Part shown: one piece after another, positions 30,977-41,258 of the stretch
How positions within the stretch are numbered: position 1 is the first letter of the stretch
How the letters are laid out: each line of letters begins with the position of its first letter
Origin: a bacterium
GTDB taxonomy: Bacteria; Krumholzibacteriota; Krumholzibacteriia; LZORAL124-64-63
Direction: 5' to 3'
DNA length: 64,000 nt
NCBI GenBank assembly: GCA_031441465.1
Contig: JANOEP010000039.1
Span: 32,001-96,000, forward strand
Notes under the pieces: generated by a model
Database searches by the model: none
What the model saw: only the letters and a program-made list of their open reading frames with translations
Told to the model about the DNA's origin: nothing
Made by a program: the position numbers and the translations under genes

Positions 30977-32128
30977 AGGTGGTCAATAATGCACAGGCGA
31001 TGCTTGTCGGCTCCGAATCAGAGCTACTTCCTGTTGGGACCTCGTGGGACCGGCAAGTCCACCTGGTTGAGGGCGCAGATGCCCTCGGCCTACTTCGTGG
31101 ATCTGTTGGATGAAGTCAAGTTCCAGCGGCTGCTGGCCAACCCTGGATTGTTCGCCGACGAATTGAGGGCGCTTGCCGCCGACCGCTGGATCGTCATCGA
31201 CGAGGTCCAGCGATTGCCGTCGCTCCTGAACGAGGTTCACCGCGCCATCGAAGAGAGGAAGACCCGCTTCGTGCTCTGCGGGTCGAGTGCGCGCAAGCTG
31301 AAGCGGGAGGGCGTCAACCTGCTGGCCGGCCGTGCCCTGCAGCGGTCGATGCATCCTTTCGTCCCCGAAGAACTCGGCGGCAGCTTCGATCTCGAATCGG
31401 CGCTGAGGTACGGGCTCCTGCCGCTCGTCTGGGGTTCGCCGGAGCGGGAGGAAACGCTGGCGGCCTACGCGCAGTTGTACCTGAAGGAGGAGATCCAGGC
31501 GGAGGCCGTGGTGCGAAACCTCCCCGGGTTCGCTCGGTTCCTGCCGATCGCGGCGCTCTGCCACGGCCAGACCGTGAACATGTCGAACATCGCCCGCGAG
31601 GCGGGCGTTGCGCGGACAACGGTCGCCGGCTACCTGGAAGTCCTCGAGGAGACCCTGCTCTGCTTCCGCGTGCCGGGCTTCGAGGCGAAACAGCGTGTGC
31701 GTGAGCGCAAACACCCGAAGTGGTACTGGTGTGATCCCGGCATCGTCAGGGCGATGCGCCGTTCGCGCGGCGTTCCCGGGTCCGAGGAACGGGGTGCCCT
31801 GTTCGAAGGCCTGGTGGCGCAAATCTTGCGGGCCTACCGCGACTACGCAGGACTCTGCGACGACATCACCTACTGGTCGGCCGAAAGACGCAGCACGGAG
31901 GTCGACTTCGTCCTGTCCCGCGGCGACCGTTATGTCGCCGTCGAAGCCAAGGCCGGCACTACGTTCTCCGATAGCTGGTGCAAGGGTCTGCGGGCCATCG
32001 CTTCGCTGCCCGGCCTCGAACGACGTCTGATCGTCTACCCGGACGGTCCCAGATTGAGGACCTCGGACGGGATCGAGGTCCTGCCCTTCGCGATCTTCGC
32101 CGCACTTCTCGCCGAAGGTGGGTTGTGA
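30968..32128 (+). CDS. AAA+ ATPase, AAA_14 plus DUF4143 family
   Basis: Walker A GPRGTGKS, Walker B IIDEVQ-like (VIDEVQ), GSSARKL, LAGRA, KWYWCDPG and EVDFV...VEAK; the start may be the ATG at 30989. Confidence 0.88.
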   Translation: MTTRWSIMHRRCLSAPNQSYFLLGPRGTGKSTWLRAQMPSAYFVDLLDEVKFQRLLANPGLFADELRALAADRWIVIDEVQRLPSLLNEVHRAIEERKTRFVLCGSSARKLKREGVNLLAGRALQRSMHPFVPEELGGSFDLESALRYGLLPLVWGSPEREETLAAYAQLYLKEEIQAEAVVRNLPGFARFLPIAALCHGQTVNMSNIAREAGVARTTVAGYLEVLEETLLCFRVPGFEAKQRVRERKHPKWYWCDPGIVRAMRRSRGVPGSEERGALFEGLVAQILRAYRDYAGLCDDITYWSAERRSTEVDFVLSRGDRYVAVEAKAGTTFSDSWCKGLRAIASLPGLERRLIVYPDGPRLRTSDGIEVLPFAIFAALLAEGGL

Positions 32129-32179
32129 AGCCCGGACGGTTATCGTGAACGGTTTCCACAACAGGAGGTCCGAAGAGTC

Positions 32180-33041
32180 ATGAAGATTCTCATCGCCGGT
32201 TCGCCGAAGACCGGAACTACCGGACTTTACTACAAGTTACGAAATTCGTGGGGGGGGGGGCAGCCCTAGGCTGCTCTTCGAGGAACCCGAGCCCTACCAG
32301 CCCGAACTCGGTGACGACAAGCGTGGTGTTCTGGCCAAAGTCGTCATCAATCCCGACACCGAGGATCTGACGCCGTACCTGCACTTCGACCGCAAGATCG
32401 CCATCATCCGCGATCCCCGCGACACGCTGATCAGCCGCCTGATGTACGGCATCGGCTACCACAGCCCCTACGACCGCGACGACCACATGGTCGCCCGCAT
32501 GTACGCGTTCTTGAGACGGATGGAGGCGTCGGGCGGCGCGCTCGGCGTCCTGGACCTCATCCGCTTCGACTGGGCGCTGCGTGGGATCGCGCACGACGAT
32601 ACGTCCGTTCGCGCTCACTACGCGTCGGAGTGGGGCAGGATCGAGAGCTTCTACGCGCGCTACCCCGACTTCTTCCCGTTCAAGTACGAGGACTTCGTGG
32701 CGGGGCGGCTGGAGGCACTGTCGGAGTATCTCGGCATGGAACTCACGGGCTCGGCCGAGGTCGATCCGAAGCATCATCGGGTTGTCAGGACAAAGTCTTC
32801 TGGCGACTGGCGGCAGTGGTTCCAGGCCGAGGACGTGGCGCTCTTCAGGAATATCTACGAGGATTTCCTGGTCCGGTACGGCTACGACCCTGGGTGGACG
32901 TCGAGCGCGTCGCCGCGGATCGAGCCGCAGTTCGCGTCCGAGTACTTCTATCGGTTGGTATCCGAGAAGCGGGCCTTGATCCTGCGGCCGGTGACGCGAG
33001 AGACGCTGCTGCAGCTCGCTGCGCAGCAGGAAGCGTCCTGA
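32180..33041 (+). pseudogene. Sulfotransferase-family gene frameshifted at a G11 run (phase-variable, pseudogene or sequencing error)
   Basis: MKILIAGSPKTGTT (5'-PSB loop) stops at TAG 32267-32269; the +1 frame continues GSPRLLFEE...IIRDPRDTLIS (3'-PB)...KYEDF...GDWRQWF to 33041; deleting one G restores a 286-aa ORF. Confidence 0.8.
32250..32260 (+). repeat. G11 homopolymer
   Basis: Eleven consecutive G in the 5' part of the sulfotransferase gene. Confidence 0.95.
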
Positions 33042-33110
33042 GTCGGAGGTGAGGGAAGTACTCTGCGGATCGGCACGCCGGCGAGCATCGACACGTTTGA
33101 TGAATGAACA

Positions 33111-33138
33111 CGGTCATCCCTGATCCCAGGGATGGCCG
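33111..33138. terminator. Hairpin between the convergent sulfotransferase gene and hypE
   Basis: CGGTCATCCCTG-atcc-CAGGGATGGCCG with one G-U pair. Confidence 0.5.
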
Positions 33139-33185
33139 GCATGAAAGCACAAAACCCGCACCCGCCCGGCATCACCGCTCGGAAC

Positions 33186-34244
33186 TCAGCAGATCCGCGG
33201 CAACTGCAACCCCAGCGGCATGTCCACGATGCGCTCGATGCCCAACGCCGTGCGCACCGTGACCAGGCCAGGCTCTCCCGCGACGACCTCGCCGATCACG
33301 GCCGCGTAGCGGCCCAGGGGATGGGCCCGCAGGGCGGCCAGCGCGGCCGCCACCTCGGCGGCCGGCACCACCGCCACCAGTTTCCCCTCGTTCGCCACAT
33401 ACATCGGATCGATGCCCAGGATCTCGCAGGCGGCCTCCGTGTCGGATCGCACCGGCACGGCCCCGTCCTCGACGCGGATCCCGACACGCGAGGCGCGGGC
33501 GAACTCGTTCAGCGTGGTGGCCAGTCCGCCGCGGGTGGGATCGCGCAGCGCGCGCAGGCCCGGCGCCGCCGCCAGCAGGTCGGCGACCAGGCCGCCGAGG
33601 GCGGCGGTGTCGCTCGTGATCGTCGAGCGGAAGCTCAGTCCCTCGCGCACCGACATCACGGCCATGCCGTGGTCGGCGATCGTGCCCGAGATCAGCACCG
33701 CGTCGCCGGGTCGCAGCGAGGCGGCCGACAGCGCCACGCCCTCGGGCACGACCCCGATCCCCGAGGTGTTGACGAACATCCCGTCGCAGCTGCCGCGGTC
33801 GACGACCTTGGTGTCGCCGGTCACGACGCTCACGCCGGCGGCGCGGGCCGCCCGCTCCATCGAGCCCAGGATCCGGTCCAGCAGCGCCAGCGGCAGTCCC
33901 TCTTCCAGCACCAGACCCACGCTCAGGTACAGCGGGCGCGCCCCGCTCATGGCCACGTCGTTGACGGTGCCGTTGACGGCGAGGTCGCCGATGTCGCCGC
34001 CGGGGAATTCCAGCGGCGTGACCACAAAGGTGTCGGTGGAGAAGGCGACGCGGCCGGGCGGCAGCGTGAAGACGGCCTGGTCCTCGAGCTTCGCGAGTAG
34101 TTCGTGGCGGAAGTGCGGCAGCACGTGCGCGTCGATCAGCTCGGCCGACATCCGGCCGCCGGCGCCGTGAGCGAGCTGCACGGTGTCGTGGCCGGTCAGC
34201 GGCGCCGGGCAGGCCATCCGGTCGAATTCGGGGGCATCGCTCAC
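33186..34244 (-). CDS. hypE: Hydrogenase maturation protein HypE
   Basis: [29 protein letters not shown] and RDPTRGG; C-terminal PRIC. Confidence 0.95.
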   Translation of the reverse strand: MSDAPEFDRMACPAPLTGHDTVQLAHGAGGRMSAELIDAHVLPHFRHELLAKLEDQAVFTLPPGRVAFSTDTFVVTPLEFPGGDIGDLAVNGTVNDVAMSGARPLYLSVGLVLEEGLPLALLDRILGSMERAARAAGVSVVTGDTKVVDRGSCDGMFVNTSGIGVVPEGVALSAASLRPGDAVLISGTIADHGMAVMSVREGLSFRSTITSDTAALGGLVADLLAAAPGLRALRDPTRGGLATTLNEFARASRVGIRVEDGAVPVRSDTEAACEILGIDPMYVANEGKLVAVVPAAEVAAALAALRAHPLGRYAAVIGEVVAGEPGLVTVRTALGIERIVDMPLGLQLPRIC

Positions 34245-35332
34245 GGGTTCCTCCGGTGGTACTTCCAGTAGGCGGCGCAGGCGCCCTCGCTCGAGACCAT
34301 GGTGGCGCCCAGGGGCGTCGCGGGCGTGCAGGCCTTGCCGAAGGCGGCGCACTGGTCGGGCTTCTTCACGCCCTGCAGGATCTCGCCGCTGATGCACTCG
34401 CGCGGCTCTTGCGGTGCGATGTCGCCCACGTCGAAGCGCCGCTCGGCGTCGAAGGCGGCGTAGGCGGCGCGCAGGCGCAGGCCGCTGCGCGGGATCGCGC
34501 CGATGCCGCGCCAGGGGCGGTCGCAGACCTCGAAAACCTCGTCCACCACGGCGCGCGCGGCGGGGTTGCCGTCGCGCTTCACGATGCGGGCGTAGCGGTT
34601 CTCGACGCCCGACTCGCCCCGCTCGAGCATCTCCACGCAGCAGAGGATCCCCTGCAGCAGGTCGACCGGTTCGAAGCCCGTCGGCACGATCGGCACGCCG
34701 AAGCGCGCGGCCAGCGGCTCGTACTCCCGCCAGCCCATCACGGCGCAGACGTGGCCCGCGGCCAGGAAACCCTGCACCCGGTTCGCGGGAGCGCCGAGGA
34801 TGGCGGCCATCGCCGGGGGCACCAGCACGTGGCTGACGAGTTCGCTGAAGTTGGCCAACCCCTCGCGCGCCGCCTGCCGGACGGCCAGGGCGTTGCCCGG
34901 GGCGGTCGTCTCGAAACCCACGGCCAGGAACACGACCTCGCGGTCGGGATGGCGGCGGGCCAGCTGGAGCGCCTCGAGTGGGGAGTCGACGAAGCGCACG
35001 TCGCCGCCGCGCGACTTGACCCGCAGCAGGTCGTCCCGCGAACCGGGCACGCGCAGCATGTCGCCGAAGGAGGTGAAGATCACGCCGGGGCGCGCGGCGA
35101 TCGCCAGCGCGCGGTCGATCGTCTCGAGCGGCGTCACGCACACCGGGCAGCCCGGGCCGTGGACCAGGGTCAGCCCGGGCGGCAGCAGCTGGTCGAGGCC
35201 GTGGCGCAGGATGGCGTGCGTCTGGCCGCCGCAGATCTCCATGAGCGTCCAGGGCCGCGTCGCCGTCGCGGCGATGCGCTCCAGCAGGGTGCGGCACGGA
35301 CCGGGGGCGCGGTACTCCTGCAGGAACTTCAC
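34241..35332 (-). CDS. hypD: Hydrogenase maturation protein HypD
   Basis: [29 protein letters not shown] and [10 protein letters not shown]. Confidence 0.95.
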   Translation of the reverse strand: MKFLQEYRAPGPCRTLLERIAATATRPWTLMEICGGQTHAILRHGLDQLLPPGLTLVHGPGCPVCVTPLETIDRALAIAARPGVIFTSFGDMLRVPGSRDDLLRVKSRGGDVRFVDSPLEALQLARRHPDREVVFLAVGFETTAPGNALAVRQAAREGLANFSELVSHVLVPPAMAAILGAPANRVQGFLAAGHVCAVMGWREYEPLAARFGVPIVPTGFEPVDLLQGILCCVEMLERGESGVENRYARIVKRDGNPAARAVVDEVFEVCDRPWRGIGAIPRSGLRLRAAYAAFDAERRFDVGDIAPQEPRECISGEILQGVKKPDQCAAFGKACTPATPLGATMVSSEGACAAYWKYHRRNP

Positions 35333-35634
35333 GGGAGCTTGTCCGCGCCGTCGGTGTCGGCGTTGCCGGTGTTGCCGGCGTCGCCGTTCGGCAGGCTGTC
35401 GGCCTCGATCAGCGCGTTGAGGTCCGAGAGCGTGGCCAGGGAGGCCGCCGCCTCTTCCTCGTCGAGCACCTGCAGGGCGAACCCCGCGTGCACGATGACC
35501 CACGAGCCCTCGACGGCCTCGGGCGTGTAGGCCAGGCAGGCTGCGCCCACCACGCCGGCGTAGTCGATGCGGCCCATCGGTAGGCCGTTCTCCTGATAGA
35601 TCTCGATTACCTGGCCGGGAACGGCGAGGCACAT
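35329..35634 (-). CDS. hypC: Hydrogenase chaperone HypC
   Basis: MCLAVPG...[18 protein letters not shown]. Confidence 0.95.
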   Translation of the reverse strand: MCLAVPGQVIEIYQENGLPMGRIDYAGVVGAACLAYTPEAVEGSWVIVHAGFALQVLDEEEAAASLATLSDLNALIEADSLPNGDAGNTGNADTDGADKLP

Positions 35635-35708
35635 GGCGGTCCTCCCGGGTGTGGGATGTCGGGGCGAAGATAGACCACGGGGGCGGCCCCGTCCAACGCG
35701 GCGCGGGC

Positions 35709-37991
35709 TCACGCGAGCCCGGCCCGCGCGACGGCGGCCTGGCCGAAGGCCACCGCGCCGTCGTTGGGCGGCAGTTCCCGCGGCAGCAACGGCTGCAGCC
35801 CGGCTGCAGAGAGCAGCGGTGGCAACAGCGTGACCAGGATCTCGTTCTGGAAACTGCCGCCGCCCAGCGCGACCGTGCGCAGCCCGGTCGTCCGCGAGGC
35901 TCGTCGAGCCGCCTCGACCAGCAGTTCCAGCAGGGTGCGGTGGAAGCGCGCGCTGATCTCGGCCGCGCCCGCCCCGGCCAGCACGGCCGCGACGACGCCC
36001 CGGATGATCGGCGCGCAGGGCAGCTGCAGTCCACCATCGTGGTCGTCGATCTCCCAGGCGAAGGGCCGGGCCGCCTCGACGGCGGCGCAATTCGTCAGGG
36101 CCGTCAGCTCGATCGCGGCCTGCCCTTCGTAGCGCGCCTCGTCCCAGCCGCCGGTCAGCGCCGCCACGGCGTCGAACAGCCGGCCGCAGCTGCTGGTCGA
36201 CGGCGCGTTGATCCTGCGGTCGATCATCTGCAGCACGACCCCGACGTCCTTGCCCGCGAGGAAGGGCAGCGCTGGCAGCTCGTCGCCGTAGGCCGCGCGC
36301 AGGTGGCTCAAGGCGGTGCGCCAGGGGTGGCGGATCGCGGCGTCGCCGCCGGGCAGCGGCACGCACGACAGGTGGCCCACGCGGGTGAAGGCGGACGCGT
36401 TCCCGGCGAGGATCTCGCCGCCCCAGATCGTGCCGTCCGTGCCGTAGCCGGTGCCGTCGAGGATCAAGCCGAGAGCCGGTTCCTGGTGCCGGTGCTCGGC
36501 CAGGACGGCGGCCAGGTGGGCGTGGTGGTGCTGCACCGGAACCAGGCGCTTGCCGGCGCCGCGGGCCTGTTCCCGCGCCCACTGCGTGCTGAGGTAGCCG
36601 GGGTGCAGGTCGTGGGCGATCGTTTCCGGCTCGCACTCCAGCAGTTCCTGCAGCGTGCGGATCGATTCCTTGAAGTAGCCGTAGGCCGCCAGGTTCTGCA
36701 GGTCGCCGACGTGGGGCGACAGGAAGGCGCGGCTTTCCTTCAGCAGGCAGACGGTGTTCTTCAGTTCGGGGCCGACCGCGAGGACGGGTTCACCGCGCCC
36801 GCCCAGCGACACCGGCAGGGGCGCGTAGCCGCGGCTGCGGCGGTGCAGGAGCGGGCGGCCCGCCATGACCTGGGCCACCGAATCGTCCGCGCGGCGCAGG
36901 ATGCCGCGGTCGTGGAGCAGCCAGGCGTCGGCGATGCCCCGCAGGCGCGCGCGGGCCTCGTCGTCGTCGAGGCAGATGGGCTCGTCGCCGGCGTTGCCCG
37001 AGGTCATCACCAGCGCGGTCACGCCGCAGGCACACGCTTCTTCCAGCAGCAGCAGGTGCAGCGGCGTGTAGGCGAGCATCACGCCGAGCCGGCGGTGGCC
37101 GGGCGCGACGGCGGCGGCGATCGCGGCGTCCGCGCGGCGCTCCAGCAGGACGATCGGCGCCTGGGGCGAGTTCAGCAGCGCGGCTTCGTCGTCGCCGACG
37201 AGAGCCAGCGCCCGCGCCGCGTCGAGATCGGCGACCATCAACGCCAACGGCTTCGCCTCGCGGCCCTTGCGCGCGCGCAGCCGCAGCACGGCCGCCTCGT
37301 CGTCGGCGCGCACGGCCAGATGGAAGCCGCCGAGGCCCTTGACCGCGAGGATGCGGCCGGCGGCCAGCAGGCGCGCGGCTTCGCACAGCGGGTCGGCGCC
37401 GGGATCGACGCCATCGCCTGCCAACTCCAGGCGGGGCCCGCAGGCGGGGCAGGCGTTGGGCTGGGCGTGGAAGCGCCGGTCGCGCGGGTCGTGGTACTCG
37501 CGCGCGCAGTCGGGGCACATCGTGAACGGCGCCATGCTGGTGAAGGGGCGGTCGTAGGGGATGCGCCCGATGATCGTCCAGCGCGGGCCGCAGTTGGTGC
37601 AGTTGGTGAAGGCGTAGCGATGGCGGCGGTCTCGGGGGTCGCGGATCTCGCGGCGGCAGTCGGCGCAGACGGCGCTGTCGGCCGGCACGCAGGTCGAGGT
37701 GCCCGGCGAGTCGCGGCTCGGCAGGATGGCGAAGCCGACAACGCCGGTGGGGGCGATCGGCTCGACGGCGACCGACTCGATGCGGGACAGGGGCGGCGCT
37801 TCGGCCGCGAGCAGACGCCGGAAGGTCGCGACGTCGTCGCTGTCGCCCTCGATCTCGAGGAGCACGCCCTCGCTGTCGTTGGCGACGTGCCCGGCGAGCC
37901 CGAGCCTCTCGGCCAGGTTGAAGACGAAGGGGCGGAAACCGACTCCCTGGACGACGCCGTCGACGCGAAGCCGGTGCCGCAGCGGCGTCAT
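35709..37991 (-). CDS. hypF: Carbamoyltransferase HypF
   Basis: [10 protein letters not shown], two CxxC-x18-CxxC zinc fingers, [20 protein letters not shown] and PPNDG. Confidence 0.96.
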   Translation of the reverse strand: MTPLRHRLRVDGVVQGVGFRPFVFNLAERLGLAGHVANDSEGVLLEIEGDSDDVATFRRLLAAEAPPLSRIESVAVEPIAPTGVVGFAILPSRDSPGTSTCVPADSAVCADCRREIRDPRDRRHRYAFTNCTNCGPRWTIIGRIPYDRPFTSMAPFTMCPDCAREYHDPRDRRFHAQPNACPACGPRLELAGDGVDPGADPLCEAARLLAAGRILAVKGLGGFHLAVRADDEAAVLRLRARKGREAKPLALMVADLDAARALALVGDDEAALLNSPQAPIVLLERRADAAIAAAVAPGHRRLGVMLAYTPLHLLLLEEACACGVTALVMTSGNAGDEPICLDDDEARARLRGIADAWLLHDRGILRRADDSVAQVMAGRPLLHRRSRGYAPLPVSLGGRGEPVLAVGPELKNTVCLLKESRAFLSPHVGDLQNLAAYGYFKESIRTLQELLECEPETIAHDLHPGYLSTQWAREQARGAGKRLVPVQHHHAHLAAVLAEHRHQEPALGLILDGTGYGTDGTIWGGEILAGNASAFTRVGHLSCVPLPGGDAAIRHPWRTALSHLRAAYGDELPALPFLAGKDVGVVLQMIDRRINAPSTSSCGRLFDAVAALTGGWDEARYEGQAAIELTALTNCAAVEAARPFAWEIDDHDGGLQLPCAPIIRGVVAAVLAGAGAAEISARFHRTLLELLVEAARRASRTTGLRTVALGGGSFQNEILVTLLPPLLSAAGLQPLLPRELPPNDGAVAFGQAAVARAGLA

Positions 37992-37992
37992 T

Positions 37993-38784
37993 TCAGCGGG
38001 CCGCCGCGGCGCGGCGCGCCCGCAGCCACCCGTACCAGCCCTCGAGCCCCTCGCCGCGGGTCGCCGACAGCTCCACGAAGGCCAGCGCCGGGTTCACGCG
38101 CCGCGCGGCGGCCTTGCAGGCCTCGACGTCGAAGTCGACGTGGGGCAGCAGGTCGGTCTTGTTGATCACGCACAGCTGCGCCGCGGCGAACATCGTGGGG
38201 TACTTCTGCGGTTTGTCGTCGCCCTCGGTCACCGAGATGATCACGACCTTGGCGTGCTCGCCCAGATCGAACAGGGCGGGGCAGACCAGGTTGCCCACGT
38301 TCTCGATCATCAGCACGCCGCCCGCCGGCACCTCCAGGTCGGTCAGCGCGCGGCGGATCATCTCGGCGTCCAGGTGGCAGCCGAAGCCGGTGTTGATCTG
38401 CACGACCGGAGCGCCGGCGGCCGCGATGCGCTCGGCGTCGTTGAGGGTCTGCTGGTCGCCCTCGATCACCGCCAGCGGCATCTCGCCCCGGAGGTCGCGG
38501 ATCGTGCGCTCGAGCAGCGAAGTCTTGCCGGACCCGGGCGACGAGACGAGGTTCAGCGCCAGCACGCCGCGGCCTTCGAACCAGCCCCGGTTGCGCTCGG
38601 CCACCAGGTCGTTGCGCCGCAGGATGTCCTGCTCCACGGACAGCCGGCGGCCGCCGCCGTGATCGTGATCATGATGATGGTCGTGAGGATGATCATGGGG
38701 ATGATCATGGGGATGATCGTGCTCGCCGGGTTTGCGGTAGGTCACCGCGTCGGGGGGCTGGTTGCAGCCGCACGTGTCGCACAT
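37993..38784 (-). CDS. hypB: Hydrogenase nickel incorporation GTPase HypB
   Basis: N-terminal MCDTCGC, His-rich tract, SPGSGKT, CHLDA, ENVGNLVCP and NKTDL. Confidence 0.95.
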   Translation of the reverse strand: MCDTCGCNQPPDAVTYRKPGEHDHPHDHPHDHPHDHHHDHDHGGGRRLSVEQDILRRNDLVAERNRGWFEGRGVLALNLVSSPGSGKTSLLERTIRDLRGEMPLAVIEGDQQTLNDAERIAAAGAPVVQINTGFGCHLDAEMIRRALTDLEVPAGGVLMIENVGNLVCPALFDLGEHAKVVIISVTEGDDKPQKYPTMFAAAQLCVINKTDLLPHVDFDVEACKAAARRVNPALAFVELSATRGEGLEGWYGWLRARRAAAAR

Positions 38785-38807
38785 GACGCCCTCCCGGGGC
38801 CTGGTGT

Positions 38808-39146
38808 TCAGTCGATGTCGAGGCAGGCGACGCGCAGCTCGCGTCCGCCCACGACCGCCAGGCACCCGCCGCAGGCGGGGCACAGGGCCGCATAGAAGTC
38901 GATCTCGGTTTCGGCGCCGCAGGCCGGGCAGAGGCCGCGGCCGGGGATCTCGCGGACGACCAGTTCGGCGCCGGCGGCCAACGTCCCGAGGCGGGCCGTC
39001 TCGAAGCAGAACACCAACGCGGACACTTCGACGCCGGCTAGGCGCCCGATCTCCACCGTGACGGTGTTGATGCGCGCGGCGCCCGCCTCGCGGGCCCGTT
39101 CCTCGGCGATCTCGAGGATGCCGGCGACCAGGGTCATCTCGTGCAT
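38808..39146 (-). CDS. hypA: Hydrogenase nickel chaperone HypA
   Basis: MHE start, CPAC twice, GGREL. Confidence 0.95.
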   Translation of the reverse strand: MHEMTLVAGILEIAEERAREAGAARINTVTVEIGRLAGVEVSALVFCFETARLGTLAAGAELVVREIPGRGLCPACGAETEIDFYAALCPACGGCLAVVGGRELRVACLDID

Positions 39147-39258
39147 GCCGCCTCCCGGATCCCAATATAACACTTGGGGTTGGGACCACAAGCCGACCTT
39201 GCGGCCGGAGGTTCCCCGTTGCACCTTGGAGGGGCCGCACACCCACAGGAGGGGTCCC

Positions 39259-40590
39259 ATGAACCAGCCCGCCTCACCGCCGCCCGTGATGTCCGCCCAG
39301 TTCGCCGGCCGCCAGCCCTCGGTCATCCGCATGGCCCAGATCCGCTTCGACGAGCGCCGCGACGGGACCGAGGCGATCAATGTGGCGATCGGCAACGTCT
39401 CGCTGCCGATGTACCCGGCCATGCAGGAACGCATGAAGCACCTCGACGCGCCTCGGAGCCCGTTCCGCGACGGCGTCGTGAAGTACTCGGCGACTGCCGG
39501 GACCCAGGAGTGCGTCGACGCCTTCATGAACGTGATCGCCAGCAGCGGTTTCGACACCGCAGGCCTGCACGCCCACATCACCGAGGGCGGCACCCAGGCG
39601 ATGGAGTTGCTGGTCGTGGGCGTCTGCGGCCCCGCCGGCACGGACGAGGCCCCGCTGCTCCTGATCGACGCCGCCTACACCAACTACAAGACGCTCTGCG
39701 AGCGGCTCGGCCGCGCCACCTGCTCGGTGCAGCGCCGGCTCGGCGATGACGGCAAGTTCAGCCTGCCCGATCCCGCGCGCCTGGAACAGGTCATCCGGGA
39801 GAAGAAGCCCCGCGCGATGGTCGTGATCCCCTACGACAACCCGACCGGCCAGTACTACGACCACGAGGCGCTGGTGGCGCTGGCCCGCCTCGCGGTGAAG
39901 CACAACCTGTGGCTGGTGAGCGACGAGGCCTACCGAGAGCTGTACTACACCGGCGGCCGCTGTGCGAGCCTCTGGGGCGTGACCGAGGCCGAAGCGCCCG
40001 GCATCACCGGCCGCCGCATCGGCATCGAGACCACCTCGAAGGTCTGGAACGCCTGCGGCCTGCGCATCGGCGCCCTGGTCACCGACAACGAGCAGTTCCA
40101 CCGCAAGGCCATCGCCGAGCACACCGTCAGCCTCTGCAGCAGCGTGATCGGCCAGTACATCTTCGGCGCGGTGGCCCACGAGGACCACGCGACGCTGCGC
40201 GCCTGGTACGACCGCCAGCGCGAGTACTACCGCGGCATGCTCTTCGACTTCACGTCGCGGATGCGCGCCGCCCTGCCCGGCGTGATCGTGTCGAGCCCCG
40301 ACGCCGCCATCTACTCGGTGCTGGACGTGCGCAACATCGTGGCCGACGGTTTCGACGCCCTGGACTTCGTCCTGTGGTGCGCTTCCGAAGGCCAGGTCGT
40401 CGCCGGCGGGAAGGCGCTCACCGTGCTGACCGCCCCGATGGCCGGTTTCTACAGCGTGCCCGAGGGCGTCCCCAACCCCGGCCGCACCCAGATGCGCGTG
40501 GCCTACGTCGAGACGCCCGAGCGCATGGCGATGATCCCGGAGCTGTTCGCGGACCTGCTGCGGCAGTACGAGAGGAAGCGGGCGGGCTGA
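39259..40590 (+). CDS. Aminotransferase class I/II (PLP-dependent)
   Basis: DNPTG, SDEAY and TSKVWNACGLRIG (PLP lysine); AGGAGG RBS. Confidence 0.9.
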   Translation: MNQPASPPPVMSAQFAGRQPSVIRMAQIRFDERRDGTEAINVAIGNVSLPMYPAMQERMKHLDAPRSPFRDGVVKYSATAGTQECVDAFMNVIASSGFDTAGLHAHITEGGTQAMELLVVGVCGPAGTDEAPLLLIDAAYTNYKTLCERLGRATCSVQRRLGDDGKFSLPDPARLEQVIREKKPRAMVVIPYDNPTGQYYDHEALVALARLAVKHNLWLVSDEAYRELYYTGGRCASLWGVTEAEAPGITGRRIGIETTSKVWNACGLRIGALVTDNEQFHRKAIAEHTVSLCSSVIGQYIFGAVAHEDHATLRAWYDRQREYYRGMLFDFTSRMRAALPGVIVSSPDAAIYSVLDVRNIVADGFDALDFVLWCASEGQVVAGGKALTVLTAPMAGFYSVPEGVPNPGRTQMRVAYVETPERMAMIPELFADLLRQYERKRAG

Positions 40591-40618
40591 GGCGCGGCCC
40601 GCCGGCCGGATCGCACGG

Positions 40619-40646
40619 GAAAGGGAGCCGCCGCCGGCTCCCTTTC
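40619..40646. terminator. Hairpin between convergent genes
   Basis: GAAAGGGAGCCG-ccgc-CGGCTCCCTTTC, 12-bp stem. Confidence 0.7.
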
Positions 40647-40666
40647 TGCGTCCCGGCACGGGAATC

Positions 40667-41110
40667 TCAGCGGTACAGGGCTTTCACGGCTCCCCAGGAT
40701 CCGCTCTCGTAGGGCACGATCTCCAGCATCTGGTAGTCGCAGTGCAGGATGTTGCCGGGGTCGATCGAGTTGCCGTTCAGTTCGACGCGGTACCAACCGA
40801 TCGGGTCGGGGATGGCGTCCTCCGCGGGGTCGTACGCGAAGGCGATCGTCTGCCCGACATTCAGCTCCCACATCTCGGGCAGCCCCACACAGCCGTACAC
40901 GCACTCCATGGTGCCGAGATGGTAGATGAAACAGGCGGGGAAGGAATTGAAGGAGGCCTGGTTCGGGCCCGCGTTGTGGATGGTGATCGGCACGATGTCG
41001 CCCTGGGAATACTGCGTCGCATCCGTGACGACGCTCAGCTGGGCGACGGCCGATGCGGCCGTCATGCACAAGACTGCCAAGACGATCAGGATGCGAATCG
41101 TTCTGCTCAT
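40667..41110 (-). CDS. Small secreted Ig-like protein ending in ESGSWGAVKALYR
   Basis: Signal peptide (..ASAVA-Q); beta-rich TDATQYSQGD..ITIHN; GGAGG RBS. Confidence 0.8.
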   Translation of the reverse strand: MSRTIRILIVLAVLCMTAASAVAQLSVVTDATQYSQGDIVPITIHNAGPNQASFNSFPACFIYHLGTMECVYGCVGLPEMWELNVGQTIAFAYDPAEDAIPDPIGWYRVELNGNSIDPGNILHCDYQMLEIVPYESGSWGAVKALYR

Positions 41111-41258
41111 CGCTCATCCCTCCCTGCGCGTTCCCGGAACGCGATGCGTGCGGACATTGGCGGGGAGAAGCAACGTCTTGATGATACGGTATTTCGGCGT
41201 CACCGACAATCGGCATTCAGGTTGCTGGTGGCGGGCAAGTCCTTGCCGAGCCTCATCG

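Noticed and set aside
30968..32128. ATPase as an IS21 IstB helper or a defined defence system
   Set aside because: Motifs fit AAA_14/DUF4143; no transposase, terminal repeats or partner defence genes.
35329..35400. Acidic low-complexity tail on HypC ([16 protein letters not shown])
   Set aside because: Variable C-terminal tails are common in HypC; no metal-binding or sorting pattern.
39147..39258. Riboswitch or ncRNA in the hypA-aminotransferase gap and other intergenic gaps
   Set aside because: No recognisable conserved RNA motif by eye; an Rfam/Infernal scan would be needed to exclude one.
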